64,000 nucleotides of DNA from contig NC_043014.1 of NCBI RefSeq assembly GCF_006345805.1, positions 4,216,001 through 4,280,000 on the forward strand. Direction: 5' to 3'. The first letter of the stretch is position 1; every line of letters starts with the position of its first letter. This DNA comes from Octopus sinensis. Taxonomy: Eukaryota. This document shows, piece by piece, positions 1 through 10,859 of the stretch. The position numbers and the translations under genes are program-made. The notes below the pieces were generated by a model, which was not told the origin of the DNA, did not search any database, and saw nothing but the letters and a program-made list of their open reading frames with translations.

Positions 1-984
1 AACAAAACCCCAAATAAAGTACCACCATAGAATTATATCAGCTTTTCGTGCACAGCCTTATAAAATATAATGCTTGGCGCTACTATCTCAGACATCTTGG
101 TTTTCAAATTACAACTCGGATTCTGACAAGGAGCCATGAACCGCTACATTACTTAGCACAGAACTTAACTGATTCTTTCAACAACAACCAGATACTTCCA
201 CACAATCCATTCTATTTGCCGTTATTAATCAGGAAGCTTTCCGTTCCATTCCTACCTACCCCATATCTTATAAAACTTATTTATCGTCTACTTTACAAAT
301 ATCACAAAATCTTTATTCTAAGATTTCTGAGAGTGTGGAATTTACAAGATGAATCCTTCAAAAGGCAGTATAAATGAGTATTGGTGCTGCCAATCCTAAA
401 TCTAATCACAACCCCCACCCCCCCACCTCTCCACAAAATAAGACACAAATAAACTCGATACACTGAACACTCACCTCATACACTAAATGAATGGTTCGGC
501 TAACAGCATCACGTTGCAATAAACATCAAAGAATCATTAGTGTTAACCATCCCGCTGTAATTATTCTGATGGCAAATCCGCATTCGCTTCTCTTGATTAC
601 GAATATTCTCCTGAGTGTAAATTCTAAACAAACTCTGAGAATATGGACGCTGGTAAATCTTGAATTTTTCAGTTGTTAGTGATGCAGCATAATTTGATAG
701 TTAAAACGACCGCCATGTGTTTAAGCTGTACAGAGCATGCGCAGCTGCATATGCAACACGCGACTACAAAAGGAAAATGATGGGGCTATGCTGAAATCTG
801 ATATGGCTGTGAGATTTTAGCTTATCTCAAATTAATCTTAATTCGACGGCGAAATTGAGATTATATTATATATATATATTTATATATATAATATTTAACC
901 TTTTAAACAAGCCTTCTGTAGTTTTTTCACTTTTTACTATTTTCTATATATATATATATATATATATGCTCTTTTTTGTTTACT

Positions 985-1165
985 TGTTTCAGTCATTTGA
1001 CTGCGGCCATGCTGGAGCACTGCCTTTAGTCGAGCAAATCGACCCCAGGAATTATTCCTTGAAAGCCTAGTACTTATTCTATCGGTGTCTTTTGCCGGAC
1101 CGCTATTACGGGGACGTAAACACACCAGCGATGTTGGGGAGACAAACACAGACACACATATATAT
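985..1165. mobile_element. SINE-like interspersed repeat segment (gtcatttgactgcggccatgct...ggggacgtaaacac); related copies ~7835-8010, ~36645-36830, ~53893-54075
   Basis: Four related ~180-bp copies occur in the window, all flanked by microsatellites. The family was not identified. Confidence 0.6.
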
Positions 1166-1171
1166 ACATAC

Positions 1172-1330
1172 GACGGGCTTCTCTCAGTTTCCGTCTACAA
1201 ATCCGCTCACAAGTCTTTGGTCGGCTCGAGGCTATAGTAGAAGATACTTACTCATGGTGCCACGCAGTGTGACTGAATCCAGTACCATGTGGTTGGTAGG
1301 CAGGCTACTTACCACACACACTCCACTCCT
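1172..1330 (-). mobile_element. tRNA-derived SINE; related copy ~54190-54340 (-)
   Basis: The reverse strand shows an A-box-like tgtggtaagtag and a B-box-like ggattcagtc, followed by a non-tRNA body. Confidence 0.6.
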
Positions 1331-1960
1331 GCGCTTATAGAGAAAAATAGGTTGCTCTAAAATAGAGAGCAATGCCCATGTGCGTTAGAAAGAACGATTG
1401 ATCTCTCCTTTTTTGCAACAGTATTTCATCCCCTCTTACCCACCAGTTCTCCGCATATCGCCGTCTCTCGTATTGTTCTACTCAAACCACATGCAATTCC
1501 CATCACCAACAATTTTCCCGTTCAAACGTGAACGACATCTTTTCCATTTCGGGAAATCACGACCACATGCGCTACAAAATCCCTTTCCTTTCTCCGTTTG
1601 TTTACATCCACACACACACATCTACCCCATTCAAACATACGTAATAATACACATCACAACCACGATTACCTAATCGTGCACACACACACACACACACACA
1701 CACACGCGCACATACACAAACACACAGACACACACAAACACACGCAAATACACACACATACACACACAAACAAACACACACACACATATATGTAGAGAAG
1801 ACAAACACACACGTGCGAAAACATGCGCACTCTCATTCAGCAACACACAGCTTACACTCATATAAACACTACACATACACCACAATTCGTTGACACGTGA
1901 CTAAACATGACTTCTTTTAAGGTCAAACTGTTATGAATGTTTCCGTTATTTCATATATAA

Positions 1961-2338
1961 CTAGCAGTATCGCCCGGCGTTGCTCGGGTTTGTAAGGGAA
2001 ATAACTATAAAGCATTTTTAGAGAGTTATAGCCAAAAATAGCCAAAAAATGGAAAAAAATTATGGTAAATTTTGTTTGAGAGTTAAAAGGTGGAGTTGCG
2101 CACCCTAGACAGTCTGTGGTTTGTTTCTGATTCTCGACCCCATATCGAATTTATCCATTTTTTCAGAACTGGGGGAACTTTTCAAAATTTTCGCTGTGTT
2201 AGTTTTGAATTATGACATTGGGCTATGTGTGTGTAAAGTTTCATCAGAATCGGTTGAAAGCCGTGGTCAGGATGAGGGTACAAGCAAACAGACACACAGA
2301 AACACGCACAGACAAACTGCCGTTTATATATAGAGAGA
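1961..2338 (-). mobile_element. Complete non-autonomous Helitron (378 bp)
   Basis: The minus strand starts TCTCTCTATATATAAA and ends with a hairpin (cccgagc-aac-gccggg) plus CTAG. It is inserted between A and T with no TSD. The empty site tatataa|tttgcttaatatc is seen in copies B-E. Confidence 0.85.
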
Positions 2339-2402
2339 TTTGCTTAATATCTTTTTTATTTGATTATATCTTTTTTATTTGATTTATTCTTACCAATTGT
2401 AG

Positions 2403-2899
2403 GTGTGGCTGGTGGACAATGGTTCGACCACTCAGGTGGCGGAAGTAATCTCTTGTGTTTACCTAACGACCCCATTTGGGCCAATTATACAACAAAACAT
2501 GAAGATGGAGGTTGGATTTATGGCACTGAATATCAACTGGAATTCTACTCAAATAAACTCTTTTCTTTTGCTAACGCTGAATCAATTCACCAACACAACG
2601 TTCCGTGTGCTGTCTGTTTGACACGACAACCTGCTGTTGTTATGATGTTACCAGCCAGGACAAAGTGTTACCCTGGTTGGACGATTGAGTATTCAGGATA
2701 TTTGATGTCCAGTAATCATAAAGAAAAAGGCCGGCTAGAAATGAGTGTGTGGATCATGCACCAGAGGCGGATCCAGCAGGTGCGAAAAAACGAAAATGGA
2801 GCCGTATTATATTTTGTACAGGCTTCTTGTGGTTCATTGCCATGTCCACCGTATGTCCAAGGTCAAGAATTAACCTGCGTTGTGTGCAGTAAATATTGA
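2403..2899 (+). CDS. Copy A, isolated exon 4 of the same family (C4-like domain) with no exons 1-3 upstream
   Basis: Acceptor ccaattgtag|GTGTGGCT, and ORF 2360..2899 homologous to the other exon 4s. It carries a compensating -1/+1 frameshift at 2741-2790. Positions 1-850 match post-exon-4 spacer rather than introns 1-2. Confidence 0.78.
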
Positions 2900-3147
2900 A
2901 TAGAAATTAAATTCGGTTCCATATGAAAATATGTCTGTGAATTACAAGAAATTATATGAATTTTTAACTAATATTTTCTTTCAAGTATGTCTATCGTTAA
3001 AAGAAACTGGTATATCAGAAGATATTTGAAAACCATACAAAAGAGGCGACGTAGAAAGCCAGAACTATCCTGAGAAAAAAATCTAAATCTGTCGGAACAA
3101 TTCTAGAAAACATTTTGTAAGATTTCAATTTATCAAATTAATGTTAA

Positions 3148-3153
3148 AATAAA
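3148..3153 (+). terminator. Polyadenylation signal after exon 4A; equivalents at 16966-16971 (B), 34251-34256 (C), 48673-48678 (D)
   Basis: AATAAA lies ~250-290 nt after the stop in all four copies with a visible 3' flank, including the diverged flank of C. Confidence 0.55.
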
Positions 3154-4250
3154 ATGCTATTTCGGTAACAGTATTTGTCATCTGTCTCCTTATTCAGAAA
3201 ACCCTAAATATAGTACCAGCATAGAAATATATCAGCTTGTTTTTCACAGCCTTAGACAATCTAATACGTGACGCTACTATCATACATCTTGCTTTTGAAA
3301 TTACACCTCTGATTCTGAAAAGGACCATGAACCACCACATTATTTAGCACAGAAAACACATGATCGCTTTAACAACAAACAACCAATTACTTCTACACAA
3401 ACCATTTTATTTGCCTTTATTAATCAGGGAAGCTTTCCGTTCCATTCTTACCTCATAACTTATAACCTAAATCTAAATCAAAACCTTCCCACCTCTCCAC
3501 AAATTATGACAAAATGAAACTCTATGCACAGAACACTCACATCATACACTAAACGCTGATATACAGAATAAGAAAGGAAATCAACCAGAAAAATTGCCTC
3601 ATTTCAGCAGCAGAGAACATCAAATAAGACGATTTCATTCACTCATCTACGTAAACATACCAGAACCGAAGAAAGGATGGATCCTAGAAGCTGAATACAT
3701 TTCATGCGAAACGAATACAACACCCATAAAGTGAGAGTAAAGAGAGCAAATATAGTCAGGGCAAGCACGGATGCTGTGTGTAAGAAGGCTGAGATGTTGT
3801 GACCGTCACGTTATATCCAATAGGATTCATGACAGTATGTTGGAGTGTGTCGAATATTTGTTAGATAAACGAAGGGTTCGGTTTACAGCATCAAGCTGCA
3901 ATAAAGATTAAAGATTATTAATGTTTACTATCCCACTATTATTAGTCTGATGGGTAAATCTGCATTCGCTTCTGTAGATTACAAATATTTTCCTGGTTGT
4001 AAATCGTAAACAATTGCAGAGAATACGGACGCTGGTAGATCTTCAAATTCATCTTTTGATTCAGCGGCATAATTAGACAGTTAAAACGACCGCCAAGTGT
4101 TTAAGCTGTACAGAGCATGCGCAGCTGCATATGCAACCCGCCATTACAATAGGAAAAATTATGGGACTTTGTTGAAATCTGACATGGCTGTAAGATTTAT
4201 ATTGTAGCTTATTTCAAATTAACCTTATTTCGAGGGCCAAACAGAGAGTG

Positions 4251-4370
<120 letters not shown>

Positions 4371-4704
4371 TAAATTAGGTCAAACTATATCTGAGAGGTC
4401 TAATATGCTTCATCTAAGAAAATTTAATCATAACTATGGAATTCCGTCGTACATATGCTGTCCATACGGAAGGTGCACTTGCGAATTGAGTTTCGAATGG
4501 GAGACACTGTACCTGTATGTTTGCTATGATTTATAAAACAAGAAGAACATATTCAAAGCTAGTGATAATGACTAGCTAAAAATATGTATGAATGTCATTA
4601 TTCGGTTTTAATAGAATATTTCTGGCCAACAGAAAGAGAGACGGCTTCTAACTTAGTTCCAAGTATCTTTCATTGGAATTTCAACAACATGACAGGATAT
4701 TTTT

Positions 4705-5492
4705 GTATGTATGTATGCATGTATGTATGTATGTATGTATGTATGTATGTATGTATGTATGTATGTATGTATGTATGTATGTATGCACGTATGTGTGCAT
4801 GTATGTATGTATGTATGTAAGTAAGTATGTATGCATTATGTATTCATGTATGCATGCATGAATGTATGCATGTATGTTTTGTTTGTATGTATGTATGTAT
4901 GTATGTATGTATGCACGTATGTATGCATGTATGTATGTATGTATATATGTATGTATGCATTATGTATTCATGTATGCATGCATGAATGTATGCATGTATG
5001 TTTGTTTGTATGTATGTATAAATGTATGTATGTATGTATGTATGCATGTATGTATGTATATATGTATGTATGCATGTATGCATGTATGTATGTATGTATG
5101 TATGTAAGTAAGTATGTATGTATGTATGCATGTATGTATGTATGTATGCATCTATGTATGCATGTATGCATGCATGAATGTATGCATGTATGTATGTATG
5201 CATGTAGGTATGTATGTATGCATGTATGTATGTTTGTATGTATGTATGTATGTATGTATGTATGCATGTATGAATGTATATATGTATGTATGCATGTATG
5301 CATGTATGTATGCATGTATGTATGTATGTATGTATGTAAGTAAGTATGTATGTATGTATGCATGTATGTATGTATGTATGCATGTATGTATGCATGTATG
5401 CATGTATGTATGTATGCATGTAGGTATGTATGTATGCATGTATGTATATATGTATGTATGTATATATGTATGTATGTATGCATGTATGTATG
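4705..5492. repeat. (TATG)n/(CATG) compound microsatellite; paralogous tracts ~6045-6295, 18450-18925, 19475-21135, 22822-23012, 23570-24120, 50305-50717, 51268-51790
   Basis: Direct inspection. These tracts are the source of the YVCM/HTYI ORFs in the track. Confidence 0.95.
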
Positions 5493-6045
5493 TCAGGTCA
5501 CTTTCGAGTGCTACTGGTAACATGTAACCCAGTACAACCTGTTGCATTGTCGGGTCGTCGCGACTAAACCGGCAACCCCACCAAGCTTGCTTGGTGAGGA
5601 GGGTGTTTATTGGACATCCTGCCGGATGAAAAATAAAACCGTCAAAGACCGGAGGAACTCTTGAGTGTCAACGGCCATCCAATAACTGTCTTAAGGCTGT
5701 ATCATGCGCGGGGACATAGAAATAATCGGACTGAATCCGATCGCGCGGTCAAACAATTGGGAGCGAAGGACTCCTAGCCTTTGTCAGGATATCATTCTAG
5801 GAGAGGGTAACTCAGGTAACTGGGATAACTCCGACATAAAACCTGCGGCTCAGTGGTTACCGATGATGTTAACTTTTACTTCTTTTCGGATTATGGCTGG
5901 TGTTGCTTAGTGACTGGATTGACTCAGTGCACAGCCTTTTCTCGCTTTAAAAAAAACTTCATGCACAGGCATTGCAAGATAACAACATTGATTAAGCTCA
6001 GTGCAATGGCCCTACTCGATAACGAGGGGGCAGCCACCAAGTATG
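5493..6045. repeat. Unclassified GC-richer ~550-bp spacer element between TATG tracts; copies ~18926-19475, ~23013-23570, ~50718-51268
   Basis: Four near-identical copies begin gtcaggtcactttcg and end gggggcagccaccaag, and contain the hairpin caccaagc-tt-gcttggtg. No convincing ORF. Probably a TE fragment. Confidence 0.6.
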
Positions 6046-6421
6046 TATGGATGGATGGATGTAAGTATGTGTGTATATATGTATGTATGTATGTATGTAT
6101 GTGTATATGTGTCTATCGATATATACATGATTACATTCATACATACATGCATGCATACGTGTAACATACATAAATGTACGTATACATATATGCATGCATG
6201 TATGTATGAAAGTATGTATGTATGTATGTATGTATGTATGTGTGCATGTATGTATCTATGTATGTATGTATGTGTGTGTGTATATATGTATGGGTGGGTG
6301 GGAATTGGTAGGTTTTGATTTTGATATTCACATAAACTTTTCTAATCAGATTAACGCTTGTTGTGAAGAATCCAATCCGAACAGCGGACTTCATTAGCTT
6401 AAGTCTTGTGATTACTGTGTG

Positions 6422-6603
6422 GGTTGAACGAAATACTTCCCACTCTGAATATTAAAACAGTGTGTGAGTGTGTGTGTGTTTGTCAGTGTGTGCGTGTGTG
6501 TGTGTGTGTCAGAGTGTGTGTGAGTGTGTGTGTGTGTAAGTGTGTGTGGTGTGAGTGTATGTCAGTATATGTGTGTGTGTGTGTGTGTTTGTCAGTGTGT
6601 GCT

Positions 6604-6643
<40 letters not shown>

Positions 6644-6730
6644 TGTGTGTGCGTGTGTGCAAGTGTGTGTGTGTGAGTGTGTGTCAGTATATGTTGTGTG
6701 TGTGTTTGCCAGTGTGTGCGTGTGGGGTGT

Positions 6731-6765
<35 letters not shown>

Positions 6766-6824
6766 TTTGTGTCTGTGTGTATTTGTTGGTTGAACGAAAT
6801 ACTTCCCACAATGAATATTAAAAA
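6422..6824. repeat. (GT)n-rich tract flanked by ~36-bp direct repeats (ggttgaacgaaatacttcccac..tgaatattaaaa) upstream of exon 1; also ~51918-52407
   Basis: Both repeats are present in B and E. Only the distal one is present in D (~35600-35638), and only the proximal one in C (~24250-24288) and before the gap (~21261-21300). Confidence 0.8.
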
Positions 6825-8182
6825 TTTTCCCAAGAATAACAAATAAATTAAATAACAACATAGTAAATAAAAATATTATAATATATACAGAAACAGGAAT
6901 CATTTCACTTTACACGTGTCTCTCATTCATCAAAATATTTTGCTAATTATTGTGTGACAATATCAAACCATCTCTTTCCAATAATTAAACCTGTCAGACA
7001 AGTTCATACCCGCATTTACAGTTCCACCAATCGCATTGGTTCATAAATTTACGATAAGATCTCTGCCAGAGCTGGGTTGTTGTGCGCTCAATAAATACGT
7101 GGAATTCAGTTACAGGTCTTCAGCTTCAACCTCGCATCTCGATCTTTTGTTGAAGCCACACGAAGTATCACGTACGACCGACAACTGTCACCAGAATGGA
7201 TTTCAAACAACTGTCCAGGAATATTTCGCAGCGTTATTTTATTCATTTCTTCTCTCATAGCTTTTGGGGTTCTTCTCGTTCTGACGATCGTGATTCTTCA
7301 TCAAGATTCAAGAATAGGAAAAATGGAAGAGAAATCGAAAACGGTAAGTCATGGATTTTGTGTTAATATATGTATGTCTTTATGTATTATATATGCATGT
7401 ATGTATGTATGCATTTACGTATGTATGTATTAATATGTGGATGTATGTACGTACCGATGGATGGATGGATGTAAGGATGTATGCATGAATCACTTACATA
7501 TGTTGCTATGGAGCACACACACACACACATAAGATCACACACGTAATCACACACGAACACACAGGCGTACACACCTAAACATACATATATATATACATAT
7601 ACATATATTTGTATATATAATATACATGTATATGTATATATATATACATATTTATGAATATATTAGTGCGTGAACATATATAGATATATGTATACAAACA
7701 AATATATGCGTGTGTGTATCTATCACTGTATCTCTCTGTCTATCTCTCTCTCTCTATTTATCTATGTATATATATGTATGTGTGTGAGTGTGTGTGTGTG
7801 TTTGTCTGTATATAAATATATTCTTTTAAACCGTTTCAGTCATTTGACTGCGGCCATGCTAGAACACTGCGTTTAGTAGGACAAATCGACTTCAGGAATT
7901 ATTCTTTGTAAGCCTTTTGCTCATTATATCGTTATCTCTAGCCGAACCGCTATGTAACGGGGACGTAAATACACCGACATCAGTTGAGAATCGATAGTGG
8001 TGCGACAATAACAGACACACAATAAAACATAGATACATACACACTATGTGTGCTATACACACACAAACCACACACATAGATCTATATATATATTATATAT
8101 ATATACATATCACATATACATACACACATATATAGTTACGTAGGTATGTACATACATATCTATCTATCAATCTATTTATCTA

Positions 8183-8289
<107 letters not shown>

Positions 8290-8366
8290 ATATATATATT
8301 ATATATATATATATATATATATGTATATTGAAATATATCTATAATATATCTATATCTATATATATA

Positions 8367-8398
<32 letters not shown>

Positions 8399-9344
8399 CA
8401 TACATATACACACACCCCAAGGAAACCACAAAGAAGGGTGGAATTGTACTCCTGTCCGATCGCTCTTTCACCAGACATAATCCTGGAGAGGGAATAAGTG
8501 CGTAATGAAAAAAATCTAATGGTGGTGTTCTAGCATGGCCATGCCCTGTCGCTGCAACGTTTAGCCCTATTAATATTAGTGTTAAGTATTATATCTAGAT
8601 GTACACTTCCGCACACGCACAGAAACAAACATATACAACACACACACACGCACACATAGGAATACGTACATATTTACACACATTTATCTATTTCTCTCCA
8701 TCAGGAACGGAAGTGAGCGAGTTTTTTTTAATCTTTTCTTTCAACTGAAAATAAAACGTGCGAGTGCCAATGTAGATCGGTGAATTTCGTAATGTTTGAC
8801 TGTAATTCACGTTGGTTTTTATATATGACAATATGTAAGAACGAATGTAAATACATACACACAGACACACGGACAAACACACTCACAAATAAACACAAAC
8901 ACAACACATACGCACGCACACAGACACACGTGCTCAATTGTACACGAACAATCACACTATACAGTGTATGTCCACTCACATATATGTGTGCGTTTGTGTG
9001 TGTGTATGCGTATAAGTAGATACGTCTATTTGTGATATTTATGGTGTGTATGCCCAAGTATACGTGTATAGCTATATATTGATATGTATTTATATATAAA
9101 TATATATATATATATAATACATATATGGGCGTAATGTGCGTACGTTTGCTTGTGTGCTTGTGTGCGCTTAAGTACGTGTATGTGCGTGTGTGTCTGTGCC
9201 CATATGTATATAAGTGTGTGCGTATCTGTATGAGTATTGTGGGCGTCTGTGCTGGTGTGTGTGTATGTACGTGTGTATGTGTGTGTATGTGTGTGTGCGT
9301 ATGATACATATATCTCCGTGATCACCGTTACAGATATGTTGCTA

Positions 9345-9599
9345 CATATCGCTGGTCACAATGCGCTTCGCATTGATTTAGCCTTCAAACGACGCCACCC
9401 CGCTGGCTAAGCGAGCAGGCCAACAGAAGAAAGGGAGAAATTTGTAGCGAAAGAGTACAGCAGAGATCACAACAACCCACTCCTGAGCCTCGTGGAGCTT
9501 TAAACACACACAACGCCCAGTCTGGGAATCGAAACCGCGATCCTACAAGCGTTGGTCCGCAGCCCTAACCACGGGGCCACTGCGCCTCCACGCAGACAT
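9345..9599 (-). mobile_element. tRNA-derived SINE in intron 1; orthologous copies on + strand at ~24865-25130, ~38055-38340, ~56853-57130
   Basis: A box tggcccagtgg and B box ggtttcgattcc, followed by a conserved non-tRNA body. Confidence 0.75.
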
Positions 9600-10489
9600 T
9601 TATATAGCACACAAACACCGCACGCACATAACACCCACACAACTCCTAAACCCACACATACGCACGCATGTACAAATAGACATACACACCGATACATATA
9701 CATACACACAATATATGCCTATACACACATACACATATACATACGTATACACATATAGATACAGACACACACCCACGCACGCAAAACATGCGCACGCATA
9801 TGCACACACGCCCACGAATGCACACACGAAAACTCACAATCCCACGGATACACGTATATACACCCATATACGCTTACACACACACATACAAACGCACATG
9901 TACACGCACACACAACTACACGCACATACGAGATAAACGCACATACACACACACACACACACAAATGAACCCACACATACGTCCCATACACACGGCACAC
10001 AATTATACATACACGCACACAATTATACATACATGTATACACACACAGACGCAAAGTTATTCGCCACACACCCAAACTCTACACACACACACACATGTAT
10101 CATCATTGCACACATACACACATACAAACACACGCACACATACACTATGTAAAGCACAGTTATTCGCCCACACACCCTAACTCTACGCCTACACACACGA
10201 ACACACACACATGCACACACACACGATACATATACATACACGCACACACACACATACTTGAAACTAGCGGTACCTACTATTTGACCTGTTGGTAGAGACA
10301 AAAAGAGCCTTCTTCCTTGACCTTAACACTACTAGCCCAACAACATGCAAAGTTTAAAAGCCACAACCACACACACTTATACACACACATGCACACACAA
10401 ACTTGCCATTATTGTATACATACACACATACACACACACGAACACGCAGACCTCCGCGCACGCTCTTATCCACACTTACACACACATTC

Positions 10490-10765
10490 ATCCTCCTCTA
10501 CCTCCCTCCTGTCTTTGAAAGGACTTTTCTTCATCCATTTCCTTCCGGTCATTCAAAATGTGACCGCGGTGTACTGTTGGCGATTTTTTCCACTCTGTCT
10601 TCTCTCCTCTGGATCTTTCCTTCTCGTATGTTTCCGACGAAGAGTCTCACCCGAAACGTTAAACCCTCCTTCTTTCCTTCTTTCCTGAGCGTCCAATAAT
10701 ACTATATTTGTTTCCACGTCCTCGCATTGTTGTTTTTTGTGCTTTCTTGTTTGGATTAAATTTAT
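10490..10765 (+). mobile_element. ~270-bp repeat with a degenerate minimal hammerhead motif (probable Penelope pLTR remnant); copies ~25380-25660, ~39270-39550, ~57390-57670
   Basis: Contains GTTT-CCGACGA-AGAG..-GAAACGT-T-AAAC at 10630-10664, 25521-25555, 39414-39448 and 57536-57570. Confidence 0.5.
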
Positions 10766-10780
10766 CTATATTTATACATG

Positions 10781-10859
<79 letters not shown>

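Noticed and set aside
48-377. 109-aa ORF (and paralog 48769-49014) as a separate gene
   Set aside because: The frame is not conserved among the spacer copies (3200-3500, 17030-17300), and there are no recognisable motifs.
2360-2402. N-terminal extensions of the exon 4 ORFs (MIISFLFDLFLPIV..; MFLPIV.. at 33448)
   Set aside because: These are intronic pyrimidine tracts read through from TTG starts. The true exon begins after the conserved AG.
6422-6824. CRISPR-like 36-bp direct repeats
   Set aside because: Only two repeats around a microsatellite, in a eukaryotic context with no cas genes.
4584-6846. Many 60-260 aa ORFs made of YVCM, HTYI, CV or IY repeats (also 18400-24500, 35000-35650, 50180-52450 and the TA tracts)
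   Set aside because: They are translations of (TATG)n, (GT)n and (TA)n microsatellites, which lack stops in most frames.
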